DNA of 64,000 bases from Synergistaceae bacterium (GTDB lineage: Bacteria > Synergistota > Synergistia > Synergistales > Synergistaceae): the NCBI GenBank assembly GCA_031258255.1, contig JAIRNC010000056.1:3428-67427 (forward strand), in the 5' to 3' direction. A program made the translations under genes and the position numbers. This document shows positions 1 to 9,207 of the stretch, piece by piece (positions within the stretch are counted from its first letter, which is position 1; each line of letters begins with the position of its first letter). Below the pieces are notes generated by a model that saw only the letters and a list, made by a program, of their open reading frames with translations, did not search any database and was not told the DNA's origin.

Positions 1-826
1 AACATAGCTCCGCGATCCCGCTGTTTATCGTCGAGAGGACGAGCCCGCGCATCTCCTGGATCCTGTCGCGATTCTTCGCGTAGGTTATGCGGCTGATGAT
101 GTCGGCCCCCCTGTCGATTTGCGCGTTGTACAGGGTGAGCGTGTCCATAACCATCGCGCGCTGGATGTCCACGAGCTGCAACGCCACCGTCGTCGTCCCG
201 ATGTCGATAGCCACGCCGTAATCGGCGCCTGGCGCTTCTGAGGTTATGTCGACGACGCGCGAAACGCCGTCCGCGTCCGCCTGCCACACGAAAACAGCGC
301 CGCCGTTCTCACGCAGCGTGTCCGGCAGACGCTGGAGCAGATCCAGCGGCATGTCGATGGCCCCGGCGTGAGGCTGTCCCTTTACGGCACGGGACAGCCT
401 GTCGTAATCGCCAAGCCCGTCGAGCGGCTCGGCTGGCGCTACTGCGATCTTGCGGCAGGAGGCAAGCGGCTTTATGTCCGCGGCCCGCGGGAACAGCGCC
501 TCGTCCACGTCCATCCGGCTCAGCGCGTCGGAGAACTGCCCCGCCTCGCCGCCAACGGAGGAGGGGATGAGGACATCCACGTCCTCCGTCACCAGCGACC
601 GGCAGGCGAGCACGAACCCCTGACGCCTTAGATCCGCGGACAGTTTCCCGTTGTCGGAGAAATCAAGCCTGCCGCGCAGTGCCTTGACGAGGCACTTGCC
701 GCAAGCGCCCTTGCAGGCGCACGGGAACGGTATCATGGCCCCGCACGTCCGTGCCGCGTCCTGCAAGCCCGTGCCGGCCTCGACCTCGCAAGCGATCCCT
801 CCGGGTAAAAAGGTGACTATCGGCAT
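1..826 (-). CDS. Corrinoid activation/regeneration protein (RACo/AcsV-like: 2Fe-2S ferredoxin domain plus ASKHA ATPase); 3-prime end runs off the window
   Basis: Own minus-strand translation from ATG at 826: MPIVTFLPGGIACEVEAGTGLQDAARTCGAMIPFPCACKGACGKCLVKALRG..., later ...APGADYGVAIDIGTTTVALQLVD. Shows a Cys cluster and the DIGTTT ASKHA motif. Follows acsC by 6 nt. Absent from the ORF track because it is open at the window edge. Confidence 0.7.
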   Translation of the reverse strand, partial: MPIVTFLPGGIACEVEAGTGLQDAARTCGAMIPFPCACKGACGKCLVKALRGRLDFSDNGKLSADLRRQGFVLACRSLVTEDVDVLIPSSVGGEAGQFSDALSRMDVDEALFPRAADIKPLASCRKIAVAPAEPLDGLGDYDRLSRAVKGQPHAGAIDMPLDLLQRLPDTLRENGGAVFVWQADADGVSRVVDITSEAPGADYGVAIDIGTTTVALQLVDIQRAMVMDTLTLYNAQIDRGADIISRITYAKNRDRIQEMRGLVLSTINSGIAELC

Positions 827-832
827 ATTCGG

Positions 833-2155
833 CTATTTGCTCAGCGTCGCGTTGACGAACGACTCAATGTCGCCCGCCTCCTGCGATCCCACGATGATGT
901 TCCAGCCTGGCAGCCCCTCCTCGATGTCGCCCTTGATCTGCGCGACGTAGCCGGGGATTATGAGGCTCTTGTTCTTCTGCGTGTCATCAAGCCCCTGGCT
1001 GATCAGGAACTTCGCGATCATGTCGCCGCCGAATTTCCCCGCAGCCCACGCCGTGAGGACGCTCAACCCCTCGCACTCCGGCAGCAGGAGCCAGGCGTTC
1101 TGCCCGCATCCCTCGATTTCCCCGGACACCAGGAAGTACGTGAGCGAGAAGTTGGTCGTGACCCACACGTAGGAATTCTCGTTTGGCTCTCCTATCTTGT
1201 ATATGCCCGGCTCCATCTGTATCGGCTTCTGCGGGTCGGTGTAGATGTTCTGCCGCAGCGTCATGATGGTGGAGATCAGGGCTACGTCCAGCTTCGGGAA
1301 GACGATCACGCCGCCGTACTTGCAGACCTCGTTAGTCGCCTCCCGGAGGACGCTGTATATATCGTCGTCCTCGATGAAGTGGAGGAACGAGTAGCCCATG
1401 GCCTTTATGTTGCCCAAGGCCGCGCGGCGCGCTACTGTGTTGAGCTGGAAGCGCTGCGCCAGCGAGTCTGCCGGTATGCCTAGCAGGATGTCGTTGAAGC
1501 CGCCCTCCTTCACCTTAGCGGTTATCTCAGCGATCTCGTCGAGCGTCGTCCCTGTGACACCCAGGACAAGCCCGTTCTCCTTGGCGGCCTCTGCCAGCTC
1601 CAGGGCGTTCTCTTTGACGCTGTTCACGATGATCCCGCCGTTTTCCTTGATGAGGGCCGCCGCTTCTTTCGCCGTGGCGGCGTTTTTGGCGCGCAGTATC
1701 AGGGGGCGCCCCGACTCGGCGGCTGTTTTTACGGCGTCGAGGTATTTCGCCGAGTCGTCCTGCATCTGGGTGACGGCTATCGCGCCGATAGTCAGTATCT
1801 CGCCCACGCGCTCCAGGACGTAGTTTTTGATCTGATCGACCTTCTCTTTCAGCGCCTCGTCCGTGTCGCCTACGTTCACCGCCAGGATCGGCTGGTTGAA
1901 GAACGTCTTCTCGTGGCGGTAGAGATGCAGCTCGCCGCCGACCTTTGTATCCTTGCCGACCATGACCGTCTTGACGGGCGGCTCACTCGCCGCGCCAAGT
2001 ATGGCCTTCGCCTCCTCGGACGCGTATGGGCACTCGGAAAGCTCCGCCTTCTTGCCAGCCAGCTTCATGGCAAAGGCGAGGCACGTGTTCGAACCGCACT
2101 CCTTGCAGTTCGTCTTGGGCAACAGTTTCTGAATTTGCAGTCCGGTCAATGCCAT
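833..2155 (-). CDS. acsC: Corrinoid iron-sulfur protein large subunit (AcsC/CdhE, gamma subunit)
   Basis: 440 aa. N-terminus MALTGLQIQKLLPKTNCKECGSNTCLAFAMKLAGKKAELSECPY carries the 4Fe-4S Cys motif typical of AcsC. Sits in the acs operon. Confidence 0.9.
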   Translation of the reverse strand: MALTGLQIQKLLPKTNCKECGSNTCLAFAMKLAGKKAELSECPYASEEAKAILGAASEPPVKTVMVGKDTKVGGELHLYRHEKTFFNQPILAVNVGDTDEALKEKVDQIKNYVLERVGEILTIGAIAVTQMQDDSAKYLDAVKTAAESGRPLILRAKNAATAKEAAALIKENGGIIVNSVKENALELAEAAKENGLVLGVTGTTLDEIAEITAKVKEGGFNDILLGIPADSLAQRFQLNTVARRAALGNIKAMGYSFLHFIEDDDIYSVLREATNEVCKYGGVIVFPKLDVALISTIMTLRQNIYTDPQKPIQMEPGIYKIGEPNENSYVWVTTNFSLTYFLVSGEIEGCGQNAWLLLPECEGLSVLTAWAAGKFGGDMIAKFLISQGLDDTQKNKSLIIPGYVAQIKGDIEEGLPGWNIIVGSQEAGDIESFVNATLSK

Positions 2156-2161
2156 GATCCG

Positions 2162-5100
2162 CTACCTCCCCGGCGCATCGAGCAGTTCGCCGATGGTGTT
2201 TTTGATCTGTGCCGCGGCCTCCGGGTGATACATGATGAGCAGGTCGGCGCCGGCATACAGGTAAGACTGCGCCGCTACGAACTCCAGGGCGGCGATCCGG
2301 TCCTCCACCTTGCCCCACGCGGGGAAGTCGGACTCGGGCGCTTTCGCTTCCTTGATCTTCCCGGTCTCAACCCCAGTCGATACGACCATCGGCGCGCAGA
2401 GCATAGGCTCGCCCTCGAGCGCCGTGACGCGGATGCGCTCCATCACGGAGTACGTGTACTCGACGCCGTACCCCAGCGCGCTGGTCGTCGGATCCACGAC
2501 GATGCGCTCCTTCGGGAAGTCCATGTTGGTGAGCAGGATGACCATCTGCTTCGCTATGTTCACGTCGATAGGCGACTGGGCCACGAGCGAGTGTCCGTAT
2601 GCCATCGCCGCCCCCGCCAAGGTCTTGTAGTTGTCCTGCTCGACCCAGTTCAGGAGGAGGTTTTCGCCGGCGAACGTCGACGCCACGGCCTTCATGACCT
2701 CGTTGTGCTTGTCGTAGTGGGAATGCCCCGTGATGATGAGCGGCACCTCCACCGCTTCCAGGATGGCGCCGACGAGCTTGACCGCCTCGTCCGCTGAATG
2801 GTTGCCCTTCTCAGGGTGGGTGCCTACGAGGGACACGCTCAGGAGGTCAGCGCCGTATTTCCCGACGCACGCCTTAGCCATCTCCACCGGGTCATTGAGC
2901 AGGTCGTCGCCGTAGATGCTCCTTAAGACGGGCGGGTACTTCTCAGTGACGTTGTCCAGGATCTCCAGCGCCACCAAGGGCCTGTGGGGCATGCTGCCCT
3001 CCCAGAGATGGAACGGCTTCGCCGTCTCGCCGCCTATGACGTATGTCTTTTTGCGGGTGCCGCCATCCTCCTTGGCGTTCCCTAGCTTTACCTCCCAGAC
3101 AGGGGACTCGCACTTGTCGTGCCTCACTGCGAACGACTTGATCCCGCTTATGATCTTTTTCGCTGGGACTGCCGCTGGCGCCGCCTCTTTCTCGGCGGCG
3201 GGGGAGGGGGCCGTAGGCGCTATGCTTCCAGACGCGCCCAAAAACTGGACTGAAAGCGTATTGATGATGCTGCCAACCACTTCTTTGAGCAGTTCTCCGC
3301 GAATTTCTTCCTTGAGCTTTTCCTTGAGTTCCTCCACGCTCGCGGCATCCACAGCCGCAAGGGCCTTTGGTTCTTCGTCTCCCTCGGCGGCGTCATCCTC
3401 GCTGACCCTGGTGGGCAGAGGCGGCAGTTCCTCGTCCTCCCCGCTCGCGGCGAACTCAGCCATGTCGGTCATCGTGAGCGCGGGGTGTCCGACCTTCTCC
3501 ATGAACGCCCTGACATCCTCGGCCGTGCTGGCGATGGTCTCGTCCGCGATCTTGTCGAAGAAGCCGTCGAGGTTCTGTTCCTTGAAGCGCTTCTCCATGT
3601 CCTCCCGCAGTGAGTCCTTGAGCTCCTTGGGCATCCAGACGAGCCTCGCGTAACCGCCCTCGGCGAAGAGGAACTTGCGGCTGGTGAGGAACACCTTGCC
3701 GACCCCCATGAAGCCAGGCGTCTGGGCGCCGCCTCCCACGTTTCCGGCCAGGGCGGAGAATGTCATGCCGACCGGCGTGTCGCCCAGGAACTCGCGGTTT
3801 ACCACCATGACGCCGTTGCACTCCGGCAGATACGCGCATATCGCCTCGAAACAGCCGCAGCTCGTCATCGGCCTGTCCATGATCGAGTACGCGCAGAAGC
3901 CCTGGACGGACTTGTGGCTGTTCGTGTAAGCGTACTCGTTGACGCCGGACCAGATGCCCTTCACGGGATCGAGGCACTCGCCCTTCTTGACCGGCTGGTT
4001 GCCGCCGGTCTCGTCGATCTCGTAAGCGGCCTTGCCGTCGAGCCAGTTGTAAGCGCCGCAGAGGCCCAGGCGCTCTGGCGTGATGACACACACGTGGTTC
4101 GGCGCGAACGCCTGGCAGAGCAGGCATGAGTAGAATATATCGACGGACTCGTCCGTCATGGCCTCGACGCGCTTGTTTCGGAACGCGTAAGTCTCGCGCG
4201 CTATCTTCTGGCGGCGCTCTACCTCCTCCGCGTCGGTGACCAGCGTGACTTTGACCTTGTCCACTATGGCCGGGTAGTCGTCGTGGAACTTGGCGTGGAT
4301 GATCCTGCCGTAGTCCCTGATCCTGAGGCCCTTCTTGAAGCCGTCCTTTGAGATGCGCGTCCATACGATGTCGCGCTGCCCCATGTGCCAGATGCCCTCC
4401 GCGCCGTTGACCAGGTGGTGGATCTGGCGCTCCAGGATCGGCTCGAAGTCCGGCTGCATCTTGCGCCCGGCGACCTCGACCCAGATACCCAGCGGCAGGA
4501 CGGTACCCGGTTCCACCTCGTCCACGTCCTTGCCTATCAGCTCGAACTCGTTGTCGTTTATCGAGTCGAAGTCCACCGACGTGACGAACTCAAAGGCGGC
4601 GGACTTGTTGCCGCCGAACTCTACGTATGTATCCTCCTTGCGGATGCGCTCTCCCTCGAACGCCGCGCCGTAAGCTGCCGGGATCGGCACGTGCGTGACC
4701 TTGATCTTGCAGCCTCGCACCTCCAGCGCCTTCTCGACCATCGTGTCGTAGGGGACGCTCGACACGACGTGTTCGTAGGTGCAGACGCCGGTCGGGAGGA
4801 TCTGGGGGATTGCGGTGTCGGCCAATACTGGGAAACCGTAGTTGATCGCGCCGGCTGCGGCGGCGTATTTCTCCTCGTCCACCTCGTCGAACGCCAGCAC
4901 GAACGCGAAGACCCTGTTCTTGTTGTACTTGAGGTTGGCGGCGTAGTCACCCGGTTTGACGCCTCCGAAGGAGAGCGCCGTCCTGCTGGCGAACCCCAGC
5001 GCGTACACGAGAGCGGAGACGTCCCTCCCGAACGGGACGAGACGCGTCTCCCACCCCAGCTGGACGCCCTCTGCGGCCAATTGCTCGGCGAACTGCGAGC

Positions 5101-5635
5101 CGCCCGTGCTGCCGCCCATGAACACGTAGAGGTTCTTCTGCTGAAGCTCCTTGGCGATTTTGACGGCGGTCGCGTTGTCCGGCGCGCGGCCCGTTATGGC
5201 CGCGAACCCAGGCGCGCTGCCGTCGACGAACTCCACGCCGCGCTCCCTCATGATGACGTCGTTTGCCGCCCCCAGCCAGATGCCGTCCACTGGGTCAGGC
5301 CCCATGACGTACTTCACGGCCTCTATCGCCTCGCAGGCGAACAGCGTGGCGGCGCCGGCGTCCAGCGTCTGGCCGAGATAGGGGAGCCACGTGCTGTCGG
5401 TGACGCGCGCCGGGAGGAGGTTCCTGGAGTACGCGACGATATCCTGCAAATCCTTCAGCGTCTCCATCTTCTTGCCGGTGAAGGAGTAAATGATTGGGAG
5501 GTAATAGTTGGTGCTGGGGAAGCCTATAGCCTGATCAGGCCCCTTTTCCCGGACAGCCTCGGTGACTGCGGCGTCCGCCTTCCTCACCCACTCGATGGCG
5601 CCGTTGATGGCGCTTGAACAGATAAGTTTCGACAT
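2162..5635 (-). CDS. acsB: Acetyl-CoA synthase (AcsB/CdhC) fused in frame to the corrinoid Fe-S protein small subunit (AcsD/CdhD)
   Basis: One 1157-aa ORF. The first ~728 aa are AcsB-like (MSKLICSSAINGAIEWVRKAD...CLLCQAFAPNHVCVITPERLGLCGA...SCGCFE). A ~118-aa acidic/Ala-Pro-rich linker follows. The last ~311 aa are AcsD-like (WEVKLG...GGTRKKTYVIGGETAKPFHLWEG...GENLLLNWVEQDNYK...VDPTTSALGYGVEYTYSVMERIR...). Confidence 0.85.
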   Translation of the reverse strand: MSKLICSSAINGAIEWVRKADAAVTEAVREKGPDQAIGFPSTNYYLPIIYSFTGKKMETLKDLQDIVAYSRNLLPARVTDSTWLPYLGQTLDAGAATLFACEAIEAVKYVMGPDPVDGIWLGAANDVIMRERGVEFVDGSAPGFAAITGRAPDNATAVKIAKELQQKNLYVFMGGSTGGSQFAEQLAAEGVQLGWETRLVPFGRDVSALVYALGFASRTALSFGGVKPGDYAANLKYNKNRVFAFVLAFDEVDEEKYAAAAGAINYGFPVLADTAIPQILPTGVCTYEHVVSSVPYDTMVEKALEVRGCKIKVTHVPIPAAYGAAFEGERIRKEDTYVEFGGNKSAAFEFVTSVDFDSINDNEFELIGKDVDEVEPGTVLPLGIWVEVAGRKMQPDFEPILERQIHHLVNGAEGIWHMGQRDIVWTRISKDGFKKGLRIRDYGRIIHAKFHDDYPAIVDKVKVTLVTDAEEVERRQKIARETYAFRNKRVEAMTDESVDIFYSCLLCQAFAPNHVCVITPERLGLCGAYNWLDGKAAYEIDETGGNQPVKKGECLDPVKGIWSGVNEYAYTNSHKSVQGFCAYSIMDRPMTSCGCFEAICAYLPECNGVMVVNREFLGDTPVGMTFSALAGNVGGGAQTPGFMGVGKVFLTSRKFLFAEGGYARLVWMPKELKDSLREDMEKRFKEQNLDGFFDKIADETIASTAEDVRAFMEKVGHPALTMTDMAEFAASGEDEELPPLPTRVSEDDAAEGDEEPKALAAVDAASVEELKEKLKEEIRGELLKEVVGSIINTLSVQFLGASGSIAPTAPSPAAEKEAAPAAVPAKKIISGIKSFAVRHDKCESPVWEVKLGNAKEDGGTRKKTYVIGGETAKPFHLWEGSMPHRPLVALEILDNVTEKYPPVLRSIYGDDLLNDPVEMAKACVGKYGADLLSVSLVGTHPEKGNHSADEAVKLVGAILEAVEVPLIITGHSHYDKHNEVMKAVASTFAGENLLLNWVEQDNYKTLAGAAMAYGHSLVAQSPIDVNIAKQMVILLTNMDFPKERIVVDPTTSALGYGVEYTYSVMERIRVTALEGEPMLCAPMVVSTGVETGKIKEAKAPESDFPAWGKVEDRIAALEFVAAQSYLYAGADLLIMYHPEAAAQIKNTIGELLDAPGR

Positions 5636-7579
5636 CTACGCCACCTCCCTCCTGTCCTTCTGCTCCAGCAGCTTGCGCTCGTACTTCTTGTTGATGCCGA
5701 GCTTATCGCGCTTCGCGTCCAGCACCTCTATGATCTGACGCGCAGCCTCTATCGGGTCATCGACGAAGTGCATGGAAGCGTTAAACATCTCTTTCACGTC
5801 CTCGGTGAGGAACTTGTAGACGTTCTCGGCGCCCGTGATGTGAAAGGGGTGGCCGATGAACACGTCGATCCCTGTCGCTACACAGTAGCAGCTTATCGAG
5901 ACGGCCTTCTCGCTCATCAGCTCGGGGCACACGCCGGCGGCGGGCAGCCCGGCTATGGAGTCGCCCAGGCCCCCCTCCTTGACTATCTCGGTGCAGGCCT
6001 CCAGGATCCTCGTGTTGTCCACGCAGCTGCCCATGTGCAGGACGGGCGGGATGCCGACGGCCTCGCACACCTCTCTTAAGCCGTGTCCGGCGTATTCCAG
6101 CGCCGTCTCCGGCGTCAGCTTCCCGTCCTTGCCGGAGGCTATGGCGCAGCAGCCTGTCTCGACGACGAGGACGTTGTTTTTCACGAGCTCCTTCACCAGC
6201 TCGTTGCAGTACCAATCCGTCTTAAATTTGGGGTTGTTGCAGCCTACGATGCCCACGACGCCCTTGATCCTGTTCTGGATTATGGCGTCGTTGAGCGGGC
6301 GGAAGGACGCGCGGAACGACCCTCCGAGCATGTATTTGATCTCACGGACGCTGAAACCAGCGATGACCGTCTCCTTGTTCTTGGGGATCTTGACGAGATC
6401 GCGCTTGCGGCCCTTGAAGTTGTCTATAGCCATCTTGACCAGTTCCTTGGCGCACTCGAAGGCGCGCGCCTCGTCGAAGTCGTATGCCTCGGCGCCTATC
6501 GTCTTCGCCATCTCCGTGGTGCCCACTATCTTGGTGTGGTAGTATTCCGCCACCAGCGGCAGCGACGGCATGATGCACTGCACGTCTACGATCATCATCT
6601 CAACCGCGCCGGTCACGAGCGCCAGCTCCTGCTGGAGGAAGTTGCCGGCTATCGGTATGCCGTGCCGCATCAGTATCTCGTTGGCCGTGCAGCAGATCCC
6701 TCCCACGGTGACGCCCTCGGCCCCGGCCGCCTTGGCGTATTCGGTTATCTCCGGGTCCTTCACCGCTATGGCGATCATGTCCGACAGCGTCGGCTCATGC
6801 CCGTGTACCAGGATGTTCACGTTATTCTCGTTCAATATGCCCAGGTTGACCTCTGTGCGGAGCGCCTTTGGCGTGCCGAAGAGTATGTCGGACGCCATGG
6901 ACGCGATGCGCGACCCGCCCCAGCCGTTCGATATGGACTGGCGGAACGCGTGCATGAGCAGGTTCTTGTAGTCGTGGTCGACGCCCATGTGGGTGCGGTG
7001 CATCGCCTCGACGCACATCCTGTCGATCCCCTGCGGCAGGATGCCAAGGTTCGCCCACGTCGTCTGGGTCTTCTGCGGCGCGAGCGACACCGTCTGGATG
7101 GTCTCTTCCTGCGAGGTAAAGTCGCCGATGAATATGTCGGCCAGCTCGCGGAGGACGTCCATCATCTCCCTATCCTCCGTCTCGATCCCGTACAGCCCGG
7201 CTATCTCCATGACGGCCTGCGGATCCTTGACGGTGTAGCCTACGTCCTTGCCGTGGGCTATCTCCCTGAGCAGGAGCGCCACGTGACGGCCGTGGTCGGA
7301 GTGCGACGCCGTCCCTCCCGTGACCTCTCTCAGGAAGTTCCTCGCGGCTATGGTGTTGGCGTCCGCGCCGCATACGCCTTTAAGGGATTTAGGCGTGATA
7401 CGGCAAGGTCCCATGTAGCAGATCTTGCAGCACGTGCCCTCTTTCCCGAACTTGCAATGGTTTTTTTGCGTATCGTAGCGGTCAAAACAGGTCTCGACGC
7501 AATCGAGCCCGGCTTTCTCCAACATCTCAACGGACGCTATGTCATCCGCTCTGTTTGAGTATGCGCTTACGTCAGCCAT
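5636..7579 (-). CDS. cooS: Anaerobic Ni-CO dehydrogenase catalytic subunit (CooS/AcsA)
   Basis: 647 aa with the N-terminal Cys pattern CKFGKEGTCCKICYMGPCRI typical of CooS. Its stop abuts the acsB start with no gap. Confidence 0.9.
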   Translation of the reverse strand: MADVSAYSNRADDIASVEMLEKAGLDCVETCFDRYDTQKNHCKFGKEGTCCKICYMGPCRITPKSLKGVCGADANTIAARNFLREVTGGTASHSDHGRHVALLLREIAHGKDVGYTVKDPQAVMEIAGLYGIETEDREMMDVLRELADIFIGDFTSQEETIQTVSLAPQKTQTTWANLGILPQGIDRMCVEAMHRTHMGVDHDYKNLLMHAFRQSISNGWGGSRIASMASDILFGTPKALRTEVNLGILNENNVNILVHGHEPTLSDMIAIAVKDPEITEYAKAAGAEGVTVGGICCTANEILMRHGIPIAGNFLQQELALVTGAVEMMIVDVQCIMPSLPLVAEYYHTKIVGTTEMAKTIGAEAYDFDEARAFECAKELVKMAIDNFKGRKRDLVKIPKNKETVIAGFSVREIKYMLGGSFRASFRPLNDAIIQNRIKGVVGIVGCNNPKFKTDWYCNELVKELVKNNVLVVETGCCAIASGKDGKLTPETALEYAGHGLREVCEAVGIPPVLHMGSCVDNTRILEACTEIVKEGGLGDSIAGLPAAGVCPELMSEKAVSISCYCVATGIDVFIGHPFHITGAENVYKFLTEDVKEMFNASMHFVDDPIEAARQIIEVLDAKRDKLGINKKYERKLLEQKDRREVA

Positions 7580-7633
7580 GAAATTTTATTCCCCCAATGC
7601 TCTTCTCGCTTGATATCGACATCCTCGCAATCG

Positions 7634-8383
7634 TCAGCCGATCTCCCTCATGAGCTCCAAAATCTTTTTGTAAATCCGGTTGCCATCCGATACTTCCCAC
7701 ACAGGCCTCGATTCCTCGGCCAGGGTCGCTATCTCCTCGTCGTAGGGCAATGCTATTATTTTTTGCGCGCCTGTGTCATGTTGGACGCGGGTTGCGGATT
7801 CCGGCAGCTCACCGCCGCGAGTGCGGTTTACTATCAGGACCAGCTTCCGAAATCCGACACCCATCTCACGCGCCAGGCCGTAAAGCCTCCCCAGCGTGTT
7901 CATGCCAGCGTTGGAGGCGTCTGAGACCAGCGTCAGCGCGTCCACCGACTGGACTATCCTGCGGGACAGGTTTTCCAGCCCGGCCTCGTTGTCGAGGACG
8001 ACATAGGGGTATTGGTCTGAGAGCTCCTTGATGGCCAGTTTGAGGACGTTGTTAGCGTAGCAGTAGCACCCAGGCCCCTCAGGGCGGCCCATCGAGATCA
8101 GGTCGAAACCGCTGCTCTCTGCCAAGCTCTGCGCTATCTTCATTCTCAGCAATTCCTGCTTCGATATCTTCTGTGCCTCGGATTCGTCACGGACGGTCTC
8201 GCGCGCCGATCCTATGGTGGAGCGCACACGCACGCCCAGCATGTCGCCGAGGCAGCTGTTTGGATCTGCGTCGATCGCCAGCACCGGTTTTTTTCCGATT
8301 TCGACGAGGCTGCGGATAAAGAGCCCCGCAAGCGTCGTCTTGCCGACGCCGCCCTTCCCAGATAAAGCGAATAAACGGCTCAT
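7634..8383 (-). CDS. cooC: CooC/AcsF-type Ni-insertion ATPase (paralog 2)
   Basis: P-loop SGKGGVGKTT and CXC metal motif GPGCYCYAN. Overlaps the upstream cooC by 4 nt. Confidence 0.8.
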   Translation of the reverse strand: MSRLFALSGKGGVGKTTLAGLFIRSLVEIGKKPVLAIDADPNSCLGDMLGVRVRSTIGSARETVRDESEAQKISKQELLRMKIAQSLAESSGFDLISMGRPEGPGCYCYANNVLKLAIKELSDQYPYVVLDNEAGLENLSRRIVQSVDALTLVSDASNAGMNTLGRLYGLAREMGVGFRKLVLIVNRTRGGELPESATRVQHDTGAQKIIALPYDEEIATLAEESRPVWEVSDGNRIYKKILELMREIG

Positions 8384-9150
8384 GCTTCCAACCTCTTTAT
8401 TATCTCTTGATATAGCGCGCGGGTTTCATCGTCCAGCAGATCATAGGGGGACACCCCGTCGCGGTCCGCGCCCCTGAGCTCGTCCCTGTAGGGCAGGAAT
8501 GCCAATATTTCCCTTTTGGGGAGCACCCCTTTTATGAAATCGCGGTCGTCCTCGCCCGTGACCTTGTTCGCGAGGAACGCCACCCTTTTGATGCGGATCT
8601 CGCGCGACATCCTCTCGACCTGCACCGCGCAGTCTATCGACCTCTGCCCTGGCTCGACCACGACGATCATCGCGTCCACGCCCTGGGCGGTCGCCCTCCC
8701 GAGGTGCTCGATGCCAGCCTCCATGTCCATGATCAGCGTGTCCCCTTTGAAGAGGACGAGGTCGGTGACCAGCGCGCGGACGAACGTGTTTTCCGGGCAG
8801 GCGCACCCGCCGCCGCCGGACTTCACCGCGCCCAAGACGAGCAGATGCACCCCTCTGTGTTTGTAGGCGTAGTGATCGGCCACGTCTGAGACGTCCGGGT
8901 TCAGCCGAAAAACCTGCCCGTATTGCCCCACCTTCGCCCCAGTCCGCTCCTCGATCAGGGCTATCTGCTGGGATATCGTAAGTATGTGCCGCTGCTTGCT
9001 GTGCAAAATCCCCAGGGATGACGCGAGATTTGCGTCCGGGTCGGCATCCAGCGCCAAGACCCTTTCACCGTCTGCCGCCTTAGAGAGCGCTATGACCGAT
9101 GCTATGGTGGATTTACCGACTCCGCCTTTCCCTGAAACGGCTATCTTCAA
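8380..9150 (-). CDS. cooC: CooC/AcsF-type Ni-insertion ATPase (paralog 1)
   Basis: P-loop SGKGGVGKST and CXC motif GGGCACPENTF. Confidence 0.8.
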   Translation of the reverse strand: MKIAVSGKGGVGKSTIASVIALSKAADGERVLALDADPDANLASSLGILHSKQRHILTISQQIALIEERTGAKVGQYGQVFRLNPDVSDVADHYAYKHRGVHLLVLGAVKSGGGGCACPENTFVRALVTDLVLFKGDTLIMDMEAGIEHLGRATAQGVDAMIVVVEPGQRSIDCAVQVERMSREIRIKRVAFLANKVTGEDDRDFIKGVLPKREILAFLPYRDELRGADRDGVSPYDLLDDETRALYQEIIKRLEA

Positions 9151-9207
9151 TTCAATTCTCCTCGTTAGTTGGCAAAACGGCTATTAGGCGCTTAAAGGGC
9201 AGCCCTT

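Noticed and set aside
1913-2797. Long antisense or shadow ORFs throughout the GC-rich genes. Examples: 1913-2797, 4385-5617, 6083-7558, 15046-15717, 20131-21069, 28393-29088, 31293-32294, 43257-44528, 59808-60848.
   Set aside because: They lie opposite or out of frame to genes with strong family motifs. They are Arg/Ala/Gly/Pro-rich low-complexity translations typical of high-GC shadow frames and lack SD sequences.
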